From the NCBI GenBank assembly GCA_964466095.1, contig CAYXMC010000002.1, forward strand, positions 1 to 26,323: 26,323 bases of DNA, in the 5' to 3' direction. The notes under the pieces were generated by a model. That model worked only from the letters and a program-made list of their open reading frames with translations, searched no databases and was not told where the DNA came from. The position numbers were made by a program, and so were the translations under genes. The DNA is from an uncultured Methylophilaceae bacterium (GTDB lineage Bacteria > Pseudomonadota > Gammaproteobacteria > Burkholderiales > Methylophilaceae). This document shows, piece after piece, positions 1-7,900 of the stretch (positions are counted from its first letter, which is position 1; every line of letters begins with the position of its first letter).

Positions 1-179
1 CCTAAATCATCCTCTCCCGGAATTTGCGGATGAATAGTTTCATAGTACATGCCCCATATTGAGATAATTGCGCAGATAAACCCTACACCTACGGCTAGAG
101 CCAGCAAATAGGAAAATAGCCACAAAACTGCCTCGCTAGCGGCGGATTGACTTGCCAGCCAAATTTTAAGCTTTTGCAT
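1..179 (-). CDS. Small hypothetical membrane protein, 3'-truncated at the window edge
   Basis: Hand translation from ATG at 179: MQKLKIWLASQSAASEAVLWLFSYLLALAVGVGFICAIISIWGMYYETIHPQIPGEDDLG..., 59 codons open to the edge. Long hydrophobic stretch; starts 12 nt after the DUF2726 stop. Not in the ORF track. Confidence 0.5.
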   Translation of the reverse strand, partial: MQKLKIWLASQSAASEAVLWLFSYLLALAVGVGFICAIISIWGMYYETIHPQIPGEDDL

Positions 180-191
180 AAGCGACAGTTA

Positions 192-644
192 TTAGCTACC
201 CAATATTGCAGCTCTTAGTTCTTCTGCTGATGGCAGCGCTTTAGCTTCAATCCTGAAAGTTTTGAATCCCGCTTGTTCGGTGATCTCGTCCCTGTATTTG
301 TCTTTGTCTGTTTTGTGTGTCTTGTCATCAACTTCAACAATCGCGTGAATTGAAAAGTCCTTGTTGCAGATGACAAAATCAGCGACTTTTTGCCTTGCTC
401 TTGCAAATAAGGCAAAGCTGGCCTTGCTTCTGCCGGGGACAGTGATAAAGCTGGAAAACGAGACTTGTGCCAACACGACTTTTTCATCGCCCATGGCCTC
501 TTTCAGTCTCCAATAAGCAACGCTTTCTATCTCGGTCAGAGGCTTTTTCCCTGCAAATCTGAGTGGCGTTTGTTCTTGGTTTCTGAGATGGTTAATTGCA
601 AACCATATGGCGATTACAAATATGATTATTAGTAATATGTTCAT
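192..644 (-). CDS. Membrane-anchored DUF2726-domain protein (PD-(D/E)XK/Vsr-like nuclease fold)
   Basis: N-terminal TM (MNILLIIIFVIAIWFAI), then KPLTEIE, VLAQVSFSSFI, KVADFVIC, AIVEVDDKTH and KDKYRDEI, typical of DUF2726. Start moved to ATG 644 because the track's upstream extension overlaps hda. Confidence 0.8.
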   Translation of the reverse strand: MNILLIIIFVIAIWFAINHLRNQEQTPLRFAGKKPLTEIESVAYWRLKEAMGDEKVVLAQVSFSSFITVPGRSKASFALFARARQKVADFVICNKDFSIHAIVEVDDKTHKTDKDKYRDEITEQAGFKTFRIEAKALPSAEELRAAILGS

Positions 645-658
645 CAGATGTCTGGGAA

Positions 659-1270
659 TCAGGTAGTAGGTAATTGTAGTAGCTGCCGCAACAAGGGTAA
701 CGTCACTGGCCGTTTGTAAGTCAGCGACCATTCATCCAGCGCATTAATGGTGGCCATCAGCGAGAGCATGTCGCGGCGTAGGTAACGCAGGCAGTAATCC
801 AGCACTTCGTCTGGCAGTTTCATGCCGCGCTCTAGGGCGTGGTTCTTCAGCGCCATGGCTTTTTCTTCATCGGTGAGTGGGTGTAATTGATACACAAGAC
901 CCCAAGCTAGGCGGGTGGCGAGGTCGTCGCGCAGGCCCATTTGGGTGGGTGCGGCGCTACCTGTGGCAATAAGCACGCCGCCTTCAGCACGCAGCTGGTT
1001 GTAGATATTGAAAAGGCTGATCTGCTCTTCATCATTCAGCTTGTCCACATCGTCGGCGCAGATCAGCAGTGTGATGCCCGTGCTTTTGCAGGCTTCTATC
1101 AGGTGAGTCTTGCCACTGCCATGTTCACCCCAGAGATAGATAAAACGCTGCTGCGGGTTGGGGCTGAGTGCTTGTATCAGGCTGTTCACCGCTTCTGCAT
1201 TGCGGCCGATGACAAAATTCTCGAAGCTGGGGAGTGCGGGGGGCTGGATATCCAGTAACAACTGCTTCAT
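659..1270 (-). CDS. hda: DnaA regulatory inactivator Hda
   Basis: N-terminal clamp-binding-like QLLLDI, SFENFVIGRNA, Walker A GEHGSGKT, DLATRLAWG (Arg finger); classic purM/AI-2E/hda synteny. Confidence 0.9.
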   Translation of the reverse strand: MKQLLLDIQPPALPSFENFVIGRNAEAVNSLIQALSPNPQQRFIYLWGEHGSGKTHLIEACKSTGITLLICADDVDKLNDEEQISLFNIYNQLRAEGGVLIATGSAAPTQMGLRDDLATRLAWGLVYQLHPLTDEEKAMALKNHALERGMKLPDEVLDYCLRYLRRDMLSLMATINALDEWSLTYKRPVTLPLLRQLLQLPTT

Positions 1271-2346
1271 TTAAGGTAAAGCTCGCTTTCCAGATAGCTT
1301 TTTTTGGCATGGCGCAGGCCAACAGCAATAGCTGCACCCACTGGCAGCGCTAGCAGGATGCCGGCAAAGCCGAACAACTGGCCGCCTGCTAGTAAGGCAA
1401 AGATCACGACGACAGGGTGCAGGCCGATACGATCACCTACCAGCAATGGGGTGAGTAAAAAGCCTTCAAGAACTTGCCCTACGCCAAACACGGCAAGCAC
1501 AGGCACGATCTGCCCCAGGCTGGAGAACTGCAAGGCCGCTGCCAGTACGGCGAGGATAATGCCGGTGCTGATGCCCAGATAAGGCACAAAGCCGAGCAAA
1601 CCGGCGATGAGGCCTATCGGCAGCGCCAACTCTAGTCCGGTGAACCATAAACTGGTGGCGTAAAAAGCGCTCATGAGCAACATCACGGATAGCTGCCCGC
1701 GCAGAAATTCGGCCAGCACCTGGTCGATTTCTCCGGCAATGGTCAGTGTTTTTTCATGCCATTTTCTGGGAATCAATTGAGAAATACGTGCCAGCATGCC
1801 GTGCCAGTCGCGCAGCAGATAAAACAGTACTACTGGCACCAGCAGCAGATTAACCAGCCAGGCGATCAGTGCAAGGCCGTGGCTGCTGACGGTGAGCAGG
1901 AATTGCCCGGCAAAATTGCTGGCGGTTTTCCAGTTCTTGGTGATGATGTCCTGTATCTGCACGGTATCAATTTCTAGTGTCACGCCAAAATGTCGCAGCA
2001 GCCATGGCTCCAGCTTGTCGTGCAGTGTGGTGATATAGCCAGGCAGGCGCTGGATGATGAGCATGATCTCTTTCTGGAACAGCGGCACCACGATAAACAG
2101 CAGCACGATTAGTATTCCTGCCAGCAAGAGCATGACCAGCACAGTGGCGAGGCTGCGGCCAACGCTGAACTTGCCCAGTTTGATGGTGCTGAGTGTATCC
2201 ACCAGTGGATTGCTGATATAAGCGAGGATAGCTGCCATCAAAAACGGCGAGAGTATGGGGAGCAATAGATACGCCAGCAGCAGGAATCCAGCAGTAAGAA
2301 GTATCAGTCTGTAGTCGGGTAAGAACTGTTTTTGTTGAGGATTCAT
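1267..2346 (-). CDS. AI-2E family (PerM-like) transporter
   Basis: Multi-TM protein with PFLMAAILAYISNPLVD, FLRGQL, GFVPYLG, LTPLLVGDRIGLHPV; ATGA overlap with hda. Confidence 0.9.
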   Translation of the reverse strand: MNPQQKQFLPDYRLILLTAGFLLLAYLLLPILSPFLMAAILAYISNPLVDTLSTIKLGKFSVGRSLATVLVMLLLAGILIVLLFIVVPLFQKEIMLIIQRLPGYITTLHDKLEPWLLRHFGVTLEIDTVQIQDIITKNWKTASNFAGQFLLTVSSHGLALIAWLVNLLLVPVVLFYLLRDWHGMLARISQLIPRKWHEKTLTIAGEIDQVLAEFLRGQLSVMLLMSAFYATSLWFTGLELALPIGLIAGLLGFVPYLGISTGIILAVLAAALQFSSLGQIVPVLAVFGVGQVLEGFLLTPLLVGDRIGLHPVVVIFALLAGGQLFGFAGILLALPVGAAIAVGLRHAKKSYLESELYLK

Positions 2347-2421
2347 CTCTTAATCCGTGCTGGCTTGGGGTAAAATTACACCTATTGTCCTAAATTCTTC
2401 TGTAGAAAGCGAGAACCCAAC

Positions 2422-3483
2422 TTGAATTCCCAACATTCCAACGGCGATTCATCCAATCAATCCATCAGCTACCGCGATGCCGGGGTGGATATTGAGGCGG
2501 GTGACGCGCTGGTCGAGAGAATCAAGCCATTTGCCAAGCGCACCATGCGCCCTGAAGTCATGGGTGGTATCGGCGGTTTCGGTTCGCTGTTCGAAGTACC
2601 CAAGAAGTTCAAGAACCCTATCCTTGTCTCTGGTACCGATGGTGTGGGCACCAAGCTCAAGCTGGCTTTTCAACTGAATAAGCATGACACCGTAGGTATT
2701 GATCTGGTGGCGATGAGTGTCAACGATATTCTTGTGCAGGGCGCTGAACCGCTTTTCTTCCTTGATTATTTTGCCTGCGGCAAGCTGGATGTAGATGCCG
2801 CTGCCCAAGTGATTCAGGGTATAGCACAGGGGTGCGAGCAATCCGGCTGTGCCTTGGTCGGCGGTGAAACTGCCGAAATGCCCGGCATGTACCCGCCGGG
2901 TGAATACGATTTGGCAGGCTTTGCAGTTGGTTGTGTTGATAAAGACGCCATCATCAATGGCAGCACTATTGCAGCGGGCGATGTGGTGTTGGGGCTGGCT
3001 TCCAGCGGTGCGCATTCCAACGGGTATTCGCTGATTCGCAAGTTGATCGATAAATCCGGTATCGACATGAACAGCGATTTCCACGGCAAGCCATTCCGTG
3101 ATGTGGTGATGGCGCCAACCCGTATCTACGTAAAACCGCTGCTCAAGCTGATTTCAGCAATGCCGGTCAAGGGTATGGCACACATCACTGGTGGCGGTAT
3201 TACCGAAAATATCCCGCGTGTATTGCCAGAAGGCCTGACCGCCGAGATCAAGCAGGGTAGCTGGGTGATGCCTGAGCTGTTCAAGTGGTTGCAGGCGCAG
3301 GGTAATGTGACCGATGACGAGATGCATCGCACCTTCAATTGCGGTATCGGCATGGCGGTAGTGGTGGCCAAAGAAAACGCAGAAGCCGCCATCAAGCTTT
3401 TGCAGGCTGAAGGCGAACAGGTTTGGCAGATCGGTCATATCCGCGCTTCGCAGGCTGGTGAAGCGCCAACGGTAGTGGTTTAA
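2422..3483 (+). CDS. purM: Phosphoribosylformylglycinamidine cyclo-ligase (AIR synthetase)
   Basis: [57 protein letters not shown] start; no ATG precedes the conserved SYRDAG. Confidence 0.97.
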   Translation: MNSQHSNGDSSNQSISYRDAGVDIEAGDALVERIKPFAKRTMRPEVMGGIGGFGSLFEVPKKFKNPILVSGTDGVGTKLKLAFQLNKHDTVGIDLVAMSVNDILVQGAEPLFFLDYFACGKLDVDAAAQVIQGIAQGCEQSGCALVGGETAEMPGMYPPGEYDLAGFAVGCVDKDAIINGSTIAAGDVVLGLASSGAHSNGYSLIRKLIDKSGIDMNSDFHGKPFRDVVMAPTRIYVKPLLKLISAMPVKGMAHITGGGITENIPRVLPEGLTAEIKQGSWVMPELFKWLQAQGNVTDDEMHRTFNCGIGMAVVVAKENAEAAIKLLQAEGEQVWQIGHIRASQAGEAPTVVV

Positions 3484-3549
3484 AAGAGTCGCGGAAACTA
3501 GGCGCTGAAATTGACTCTAACTTTGGTGTTCAATCACAGCGTTTTGTTT

Positions 3550-4230
3550 ATGAAAAAACTAGTTAGCCTTGTTTTGTTGATGGTCGCATTGCCTGTATGG
3601 GCAGCCCCCAAACAGGTGGAAGTGGTTTATCAGGCTACCCGTAACGGGCAGCCGTTTGCCACCATCACCGAGACCTACAAGCAGGAAAATGGTCGCTACA
3701 AGATTGAAAGCGTGACGCAAGGTATAGGCGTCTATGCCTTGTTCGGCAAGCGTGTGCTGAGCAGTGAGGGTGAAGTGACAGCCGAAGGCCTGAAGCCCAG
3801 CCATTTTGAACTGCATCAGGGCGATAATGCCAAAAAATCCCTGATTACCGATTTTAACTGGGCGGCCAATCAACTCATCATGAAAATCAAGGGCAACTCG
3901 GTAACGGCCAATCTGGAGCCCGGTACGCAGGACCTTAGCAGCTTGCTTTACCAGTTCATGTTCGTGCAGCCAACAGGAGAAGATTTCAGTCTGCCGGTAA
4001 CCACGGGCAAGAAGCTGCGGGTTTACCAGTACAAGGTGACCGAGCGTGATGCCGAGCTTGAAGTGCCTGCGGGCAAGTTCAAGACCATGCATCTGGTGGA
4101 TAGTCATACTGAAGACCAAAAAGAACTATGGCTGGGTACGGAGAGCCATCACCTGCCTGTAAGGTTGGTGATGCGCGATGAGAATGGCGCAAAAATCGAG
4201 CAGAGCCTGACTAGTATCAATGTCCAATAA
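3550..4230 (+). CDS. DUF3108 family periplasmic protein with cleavable signal peptide
   Basis: MKKLVSLVLLMVALPVWA|APK signal peptide; SEGEVTAEGLKP, FNW, GTQDLSSLLYQF, VTTGKKLRVY, LWLGTESHHLPVRL. Start at ATG 3550. Confidence 0.8.
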   Translation: MKKLVSLVLLMVALPVWAAPKQVEVVYQATRNGQPFATITETYKQENGRYKIESVTQGIGVYALFGKRVLSSEGEVTAEGLKPSHFELHQGDNAKKSLITDFNWAANQLIMKIKGNSVTANLEPGTQDLSSLLYQFMFVQPTGEDFSLPVTTGKKLRVYQYKVTERDAELEVPAGKFKTMHLVDSHTEDQKELWLGTESHHLPVRLVMRDENGAKIEQSLTSINVQ

Positions 4231-5278
4231 TGTGTTTCGCCTCTGGAACCAATACATCTCCAAGCGCCTGCTGCTGGCGCTGCTAGTCTCTCTACTTTTG
4301 CATTTGTATACACTGGGTGGGCTGGATATCAGCCTGCCTGACCTTGATTTATCCGAAGATGTAGTTGAAGTGACCCTGGCGCCACCTGTGATTAAACCGG
4401 CACCACCGTTGCCGCCACAAAAGGCAAAGCCCAAGGCCAAGACAGAAAAACCGGCAGCCAAACCAAAGGCCGAGCCTCTACCAGCGCAGCCGGCTGAACA
4501 ACCGCAATTAGAGCCCTTGGTCGAGCCACAACCGGCCTCCGCAGAGACTGCATCAGTGGCGGAAGAAGCGGCCGTAGAACAGGAGTCGAGTCAGCCGCAG
4601 GCCTTGCAGGAAGAAGAAGCCGTAGCTAGCCGTTTCAAGCCAGCTACCTATATCGAAACAGTGTTCAAAGCGAGCAGCGGGGGCGTGAATGGCGTTTCGC
4701 GCATCAATTACAAAGCAAATCCGGATGGCACTTACACCTTGCGTAGCGAGGCTGAGGTCAAGGGCTTTGCCGGTTTGTTTTTCGGCAAGCTGTTGCAAAC
4801 CAGTGAAGGTACTGTAGGGAGTCGCGGCTTGAAGCCGGGTAAGTATTTTTACCAGTATGGCAGCAACGAGGACAAAATCAGGCGCGCCAGTTTTGATTGG
4901 GTGAGCGGCAAGCTGACCATGGAAGTGGGCAAGAAGGCTGCCACGGTTGCCCTGCAGGAGGGCACGCAGGATCTGTTGAGTTTTATGTATCAGTTTATGT
5001 TTGTGCCGCCACTGGACGACATGCATCTGCTAGTGACTGATGGCCGCAAGCTACGTAGTTATGCCTATACCTTTGAAGGTGAGGAAGAGCTAGCCACCGA
5101 GCTGGGCGTTATCAAGGCGCTGCATATCGGCAAGACCAGTAGCGAAGGAGAGGAAAAAACCGAGGTTTGGCTGGGTGTCGATTACAATTACCTGCCTGTG
5201 CGCATACGCAAGACCGATAAGGAAGGCCGTGTGATCGACCAGGTGGTCACCAGCATCCGCTCCGATATGTTTAATTAG
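4220..5278 (+). CDS. Inner-membrane-anchored DUF3108 protein with TonB/TolA-like N-terminus and Pro/Lys/Glu linker
   Basis: TM LLLALLVSLLLHLYTLGG; low-complexity linker aa ~54-137; C-terminal domain shares SEGTVGSRGLKP, FDW, GTQDLLSFMYQF, VTDGRKLRSY, VWLGVDYNYLPVRI with the upstream paralog; 11-nt overlap. Confidence 0.8.
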   Translation: MSNNVFRLWNQYISKRLLLALLVSLLLHLYTLGGLDISLPDLDLSEDVVEVTLAPPVIKPAPPLPPQKAKPKAKTEKPAAKPKAEPLPAQPAEQPQLEPLVEPQPASAETASVAEEAAVEQESSQPQALQEEEAVASRFKPATYIETVFKASSGGVNGVSRINYKANPDGTYTLRSEAEVKGFAGLFFGKLLQTSEGTVGSRGLKPGKYFYQYGSNEDKIRRASFDWVSGKLTMEVGKKAATVALQEGTQDLLSFMYQFMFVPPLDDMHLLVTDGRKLRSYAYTFEGEEELATELGVIKALHIGKTSSEGEEKTEVWLGVDYNYLPVRIRKTDKEGRVIDQVVTSIRSDMFN

Positions 5279-5320
5279 CATTCCTTTTAACCGAACAGAA
5301 GTGATCAAGAAAAGAAGTTT

Positions 5321-6583
5321 ATGAACCAGAATTTATTACGCCTGACCGCCATGGCACTCGCTGACGTGCTTTCCGGCACAGGCCCTGCCGATGCCAAGCT
5401 TGGCTTTTTCTTTCGCAATAACCGCGAGCTGGGCAATAAGGACAGGGGCTTTGTCGCCGAGACCATTTATGGCGTGCTACGCCGCAAGCGCTTGCTGGCT
5501 TATCTGGCAGATGGCGAAGATCCGCGCAAGCTGCTGGTGGCTTATTTGGTGCGTGTACAGGGTGCCAGCCTGCGCGAGCTTGACGAGGTGTTGAACAAGC
5601 AGCAAAAGGAATGGGCGCAGGAGATCAAGGCCAAGAATACGGATAACCTGACACTGGCCGAACAGGCTGATGTGCCGGACTGGCTGTGGGGCAAGCTGGT
5701 GGCACAATACGGCGATGAGCAGGCGCTAACTATCGCCCGTAGCATGCAGCAGCCAGCTACGCTGGATTTGCGTGTGAATACCATCAAGGCCAGCCGCGAG
5801 GAAGTGCTGGAGATATTTGACCGCGAGAACACGCAGGGTAACAAGAGATTTACGCCTACTCCATATTCACAGGTGGGTATACGGCTGCCGCAGCGCATGA
5901 GCATCAACCGCCATGTACTCTTTACCGATGGCAAGATCGAGGTGCAGGACGAAGGCAGCCAGCTGCTGAGCTATCTGGTAGCGCCGAGGCGCGGAGAGAT
6001 GATCGCTGATTTCTGTGCTGGTGCTGGCGGCAAGACCTTGGCCTTGGGTGCGCTAATGCGTAATACCGGCCGTTTGTATGCTTTTGATGTTTCCGAGAAG
6101 CGTCTGCACAATCTGGGACAGCGACTCAAGCGTTCAGGGCTATCCAACTTGCATAGCCAAGTCATCAGTAGCGAGGCTGATCCCAAGCTCAAGCGACTGA
6201 ATGGAAAGTTCGACCGTGTGCTGGTAGATGCGCCTTGTAGCGGCCTAGGCACCATACGCCGCAACCCGGATCTGAAATGGCGGCAAACCGAGCAGGATGT
6301 GCAGGAACTGAATGCCAAGCAGGCAGCGATACTGGCTCGCGCGGCCAAGCTGGTGAAGGCTGGTGGCAAGCTGGTTTATGCGACTTGCAGCCTTTTGCAG
6401 GAAGAAAACGAGCAGATTGCCCAGGCTTTCTTGGCAGCGCATCCTGATTTCAAGCTGCTGCCTGCCAACGAAATATTGAAGCAGCAGAATATCGAGCTGG
6501 ATACGGGCGAATACCTCAAGCTGTTGCCGCATATCCATCAGACCGATGGTTTTTTTGCAGCGGTGTTTGAAAAAGCTGCTTGA
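5321..6583 (+). CDS. RsmB/NOP (NOL1/NOP2/Sun) family RNA m5C methyltransferase
   Basis: VQDEGSQ, motif I DFCAGAGGKT, motif IV VLVDAPCSGLG, motif VI LVYATCS, TDGFFAA. N-terminus differs from canonical RsmB, so no symbol is given. Confidence 0.9.
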   Translation: MNQNLLRLTAMALADVLSGTGPADAKLGFFFRNNRELGNKDRGFVAETIYGVLRRKRLLAYLADGEDPRKLLVAYLVRVQGASLRELDEVLNKQQKEWAQEIKAKNTDNLTLAEQADVPDWLWGKLVAQYGDEQALTIARSMQQPATLDLRVNTIKASREEVLEIFDRENTQGNKRFTPTPYSQVGIRLPQRMSINRHVLFTDGKIEVQDEGSQLLSYLVAPRRGEMIADFCAGAGGKTLALGALMRNTGRLYAFDVSEKRLHNLGQRLKRSGLSNLHSQVISSEADPKLKRLNGKFDRVLVDAPCSGLGTIRRNPDLKWRQTEQDVQELNAKQAAILARAAKLVKAGGKLVYATCSLLQEENEQIAQAFLAAHPDFKLLPANEILKQQNIELDTGEYLKLLPHIHQTDGFFAAVFEKAA

Positions 6584-6643
6584 TGAAGAGATTGGCCTGC
6601 ATTTCGCTTTTAATTTAAGCGTTTAATCGATTTGGGAGCCAGC

Positions 6644-7879
6644 ATGAAATTGCCATCTTTAAACCAACAAATTCTAATCGGTGCAATCCTAGGTTTGTTG
6701 CTGGGCTGGTGGCTTTCAGGTCTGGAGCCCGAGGGCAAGGATGCCGGTATTTACGCGACTACGCTGGTGGGCGGTGTCTTTATCGACCTCTTGAAAATGG
6801 TGTTGATTCCACTGGTGTTCACCTCGATTGCTGTGGGTATCGCCAATTTGCAAGCACACCAGCAAATACACAAAGTATGGATATCTACGCTGGTGTTTTT
6901 TCTTTGTTCGATGGCGCTGGCGATATTGCTGGCTTTTGCAGCAAGTCATATTTTCAAGCCGGGTGAAGGTCTGCATCTGGCCATGTTTGCCGATGCCATG
7001 CAAAACTTTGAGGCCAAACAGTTAACACTGAGCGAATTCTTTTCACAGTTTTTGCATGGCCTGTTCGTGAATCCATTTGCTGCTCTATCACAGGGTAATG
7101 TGCTGGCGGTGGTGATCTTTGCATTGTTTCTTGGTATTGCATTGGTGATAGGTGGCGACCGATATAAAAATATATTGATATTGCTGCAAGAGTTTCTTGA
7201 GCTAGTGATGCGTATCGTTGGCTGGGTCATGCGGCTTGCACCGTTTGGTATTGCTGCCTTGTTGGCTAAACTGGTGGCAACTCAGGATATGAGTTTTTTT
7301 GCCACCTTGGGCAAGTTTGTCGCTGTAGTAGTGGGTACCACTTTGCTACATGGCGTAGTGGTGTTACCGCTTATCCTGTTTTTGTTCACTGGCAAATCAC
7401 CACTGTGGTTCTGGCGTGGCGCACGTGAGGCACTCATGACTGCGTTTGCTACCAGTTCCAGTTCTGCTACGTTGCCGATTACCTTGCGCTGCGCAGAACA
7501 ACATCTGCATGTACGGCGAGAAATCGCGGGTTTTGTGATTCCTCTGGGAGCTACCATCAATATGGATGGTACGGCACTTTATGAAGCGGCCGCGGCACTT
7601 TTTATTGCTCATCTGGTTGGTATAGAGTTGAACGCTATGCAGCAAATGGTGGTGTTTTTCACGGCCATGATCGCAGCGATGGGCGCGCCAGGTATCCCCA
7701 GCGCCGGCATGGTCACCATGGTCATGGTGTTGCAGTCAGTAGGCCTGCCAGCGGAAGCGATTGCCATCCTGCTGCCCATGGATAGATTGCTGGATACCTT
7801 GCGCACAACAGTCAATGTGGAAGGCGATATGGTGGGGAGCTTGGTTGTGCAAAAGCTGGTGAAGCCAGCCGACTCTTAG
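6644..7879 (+). CDS. Dicarboxylate/amino acid:cation symporter (DAACS, GltP/GltPh-like)
   Basis: FIDLLKMVLIPLVF, AFATSSSSATLP, LGATINMDGTALY, GAPGIPSAG, DRLLDTLRTTVNVEGD; GGGAG Shine-Dalgarno before ATG 6644. Confidence 0.92.
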   Translation: MKLPSLNQQILIGAILGLLLGWWLSGLEPEGKDAGIYATTLVGGVFIDLLKMVLIPLVFTSIAVGIANLQAHQQIHKVWISTLVFFLCSMALAILLAFAASHIFKPGEGLHLAMFADAMQNFEAKQLTLSEFFSQFLHGLFVNPFAALSQGNVLAVVIFALFLGIALVIGGDRYKNILILLQEFLELVMRIVGWVMRLAPFGIAALLAKLVATQDMSFFATLGKFVAVVVGTTLLHGVVVLPLILFLFTGKSPLWFWRGAREALMTAFATSSSSATLPITLRCAEQHLHVRREIAGFVIPLGATINMDGTALYEAAAALFIAHLVGIELNAMQQMVVFFTAMIAAMGAPGIPSAGMVTMVMVLQSVGLPAEAIAILLPMDRLLDTLRTTVNVEGDMVGSLVVQKLVKPADS

Positions 7880-7900
7880 TAGATTTATTTGGTTTTCAAG

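Noticed and set aside
2347-2421. ZTP riboswitch or PurR box upstream of purM
   Set aside because: The 75-nt divergent spacer has no recognisable aptamer or PurR palindrome.
3485-3518. AGAGTC...GACTCT inverted repeat and TTGACT -35-like hexamer after purM
   Set aside because: Only 6-bp arms, no U-tract, and no matching -10 at the right spacing.
6606-6622. CGCTT-N7-AAGCG hairpin between the methyltransferase and DAACS genes
   Set aside because: The 5-bp stem is too weak to call a terminator.
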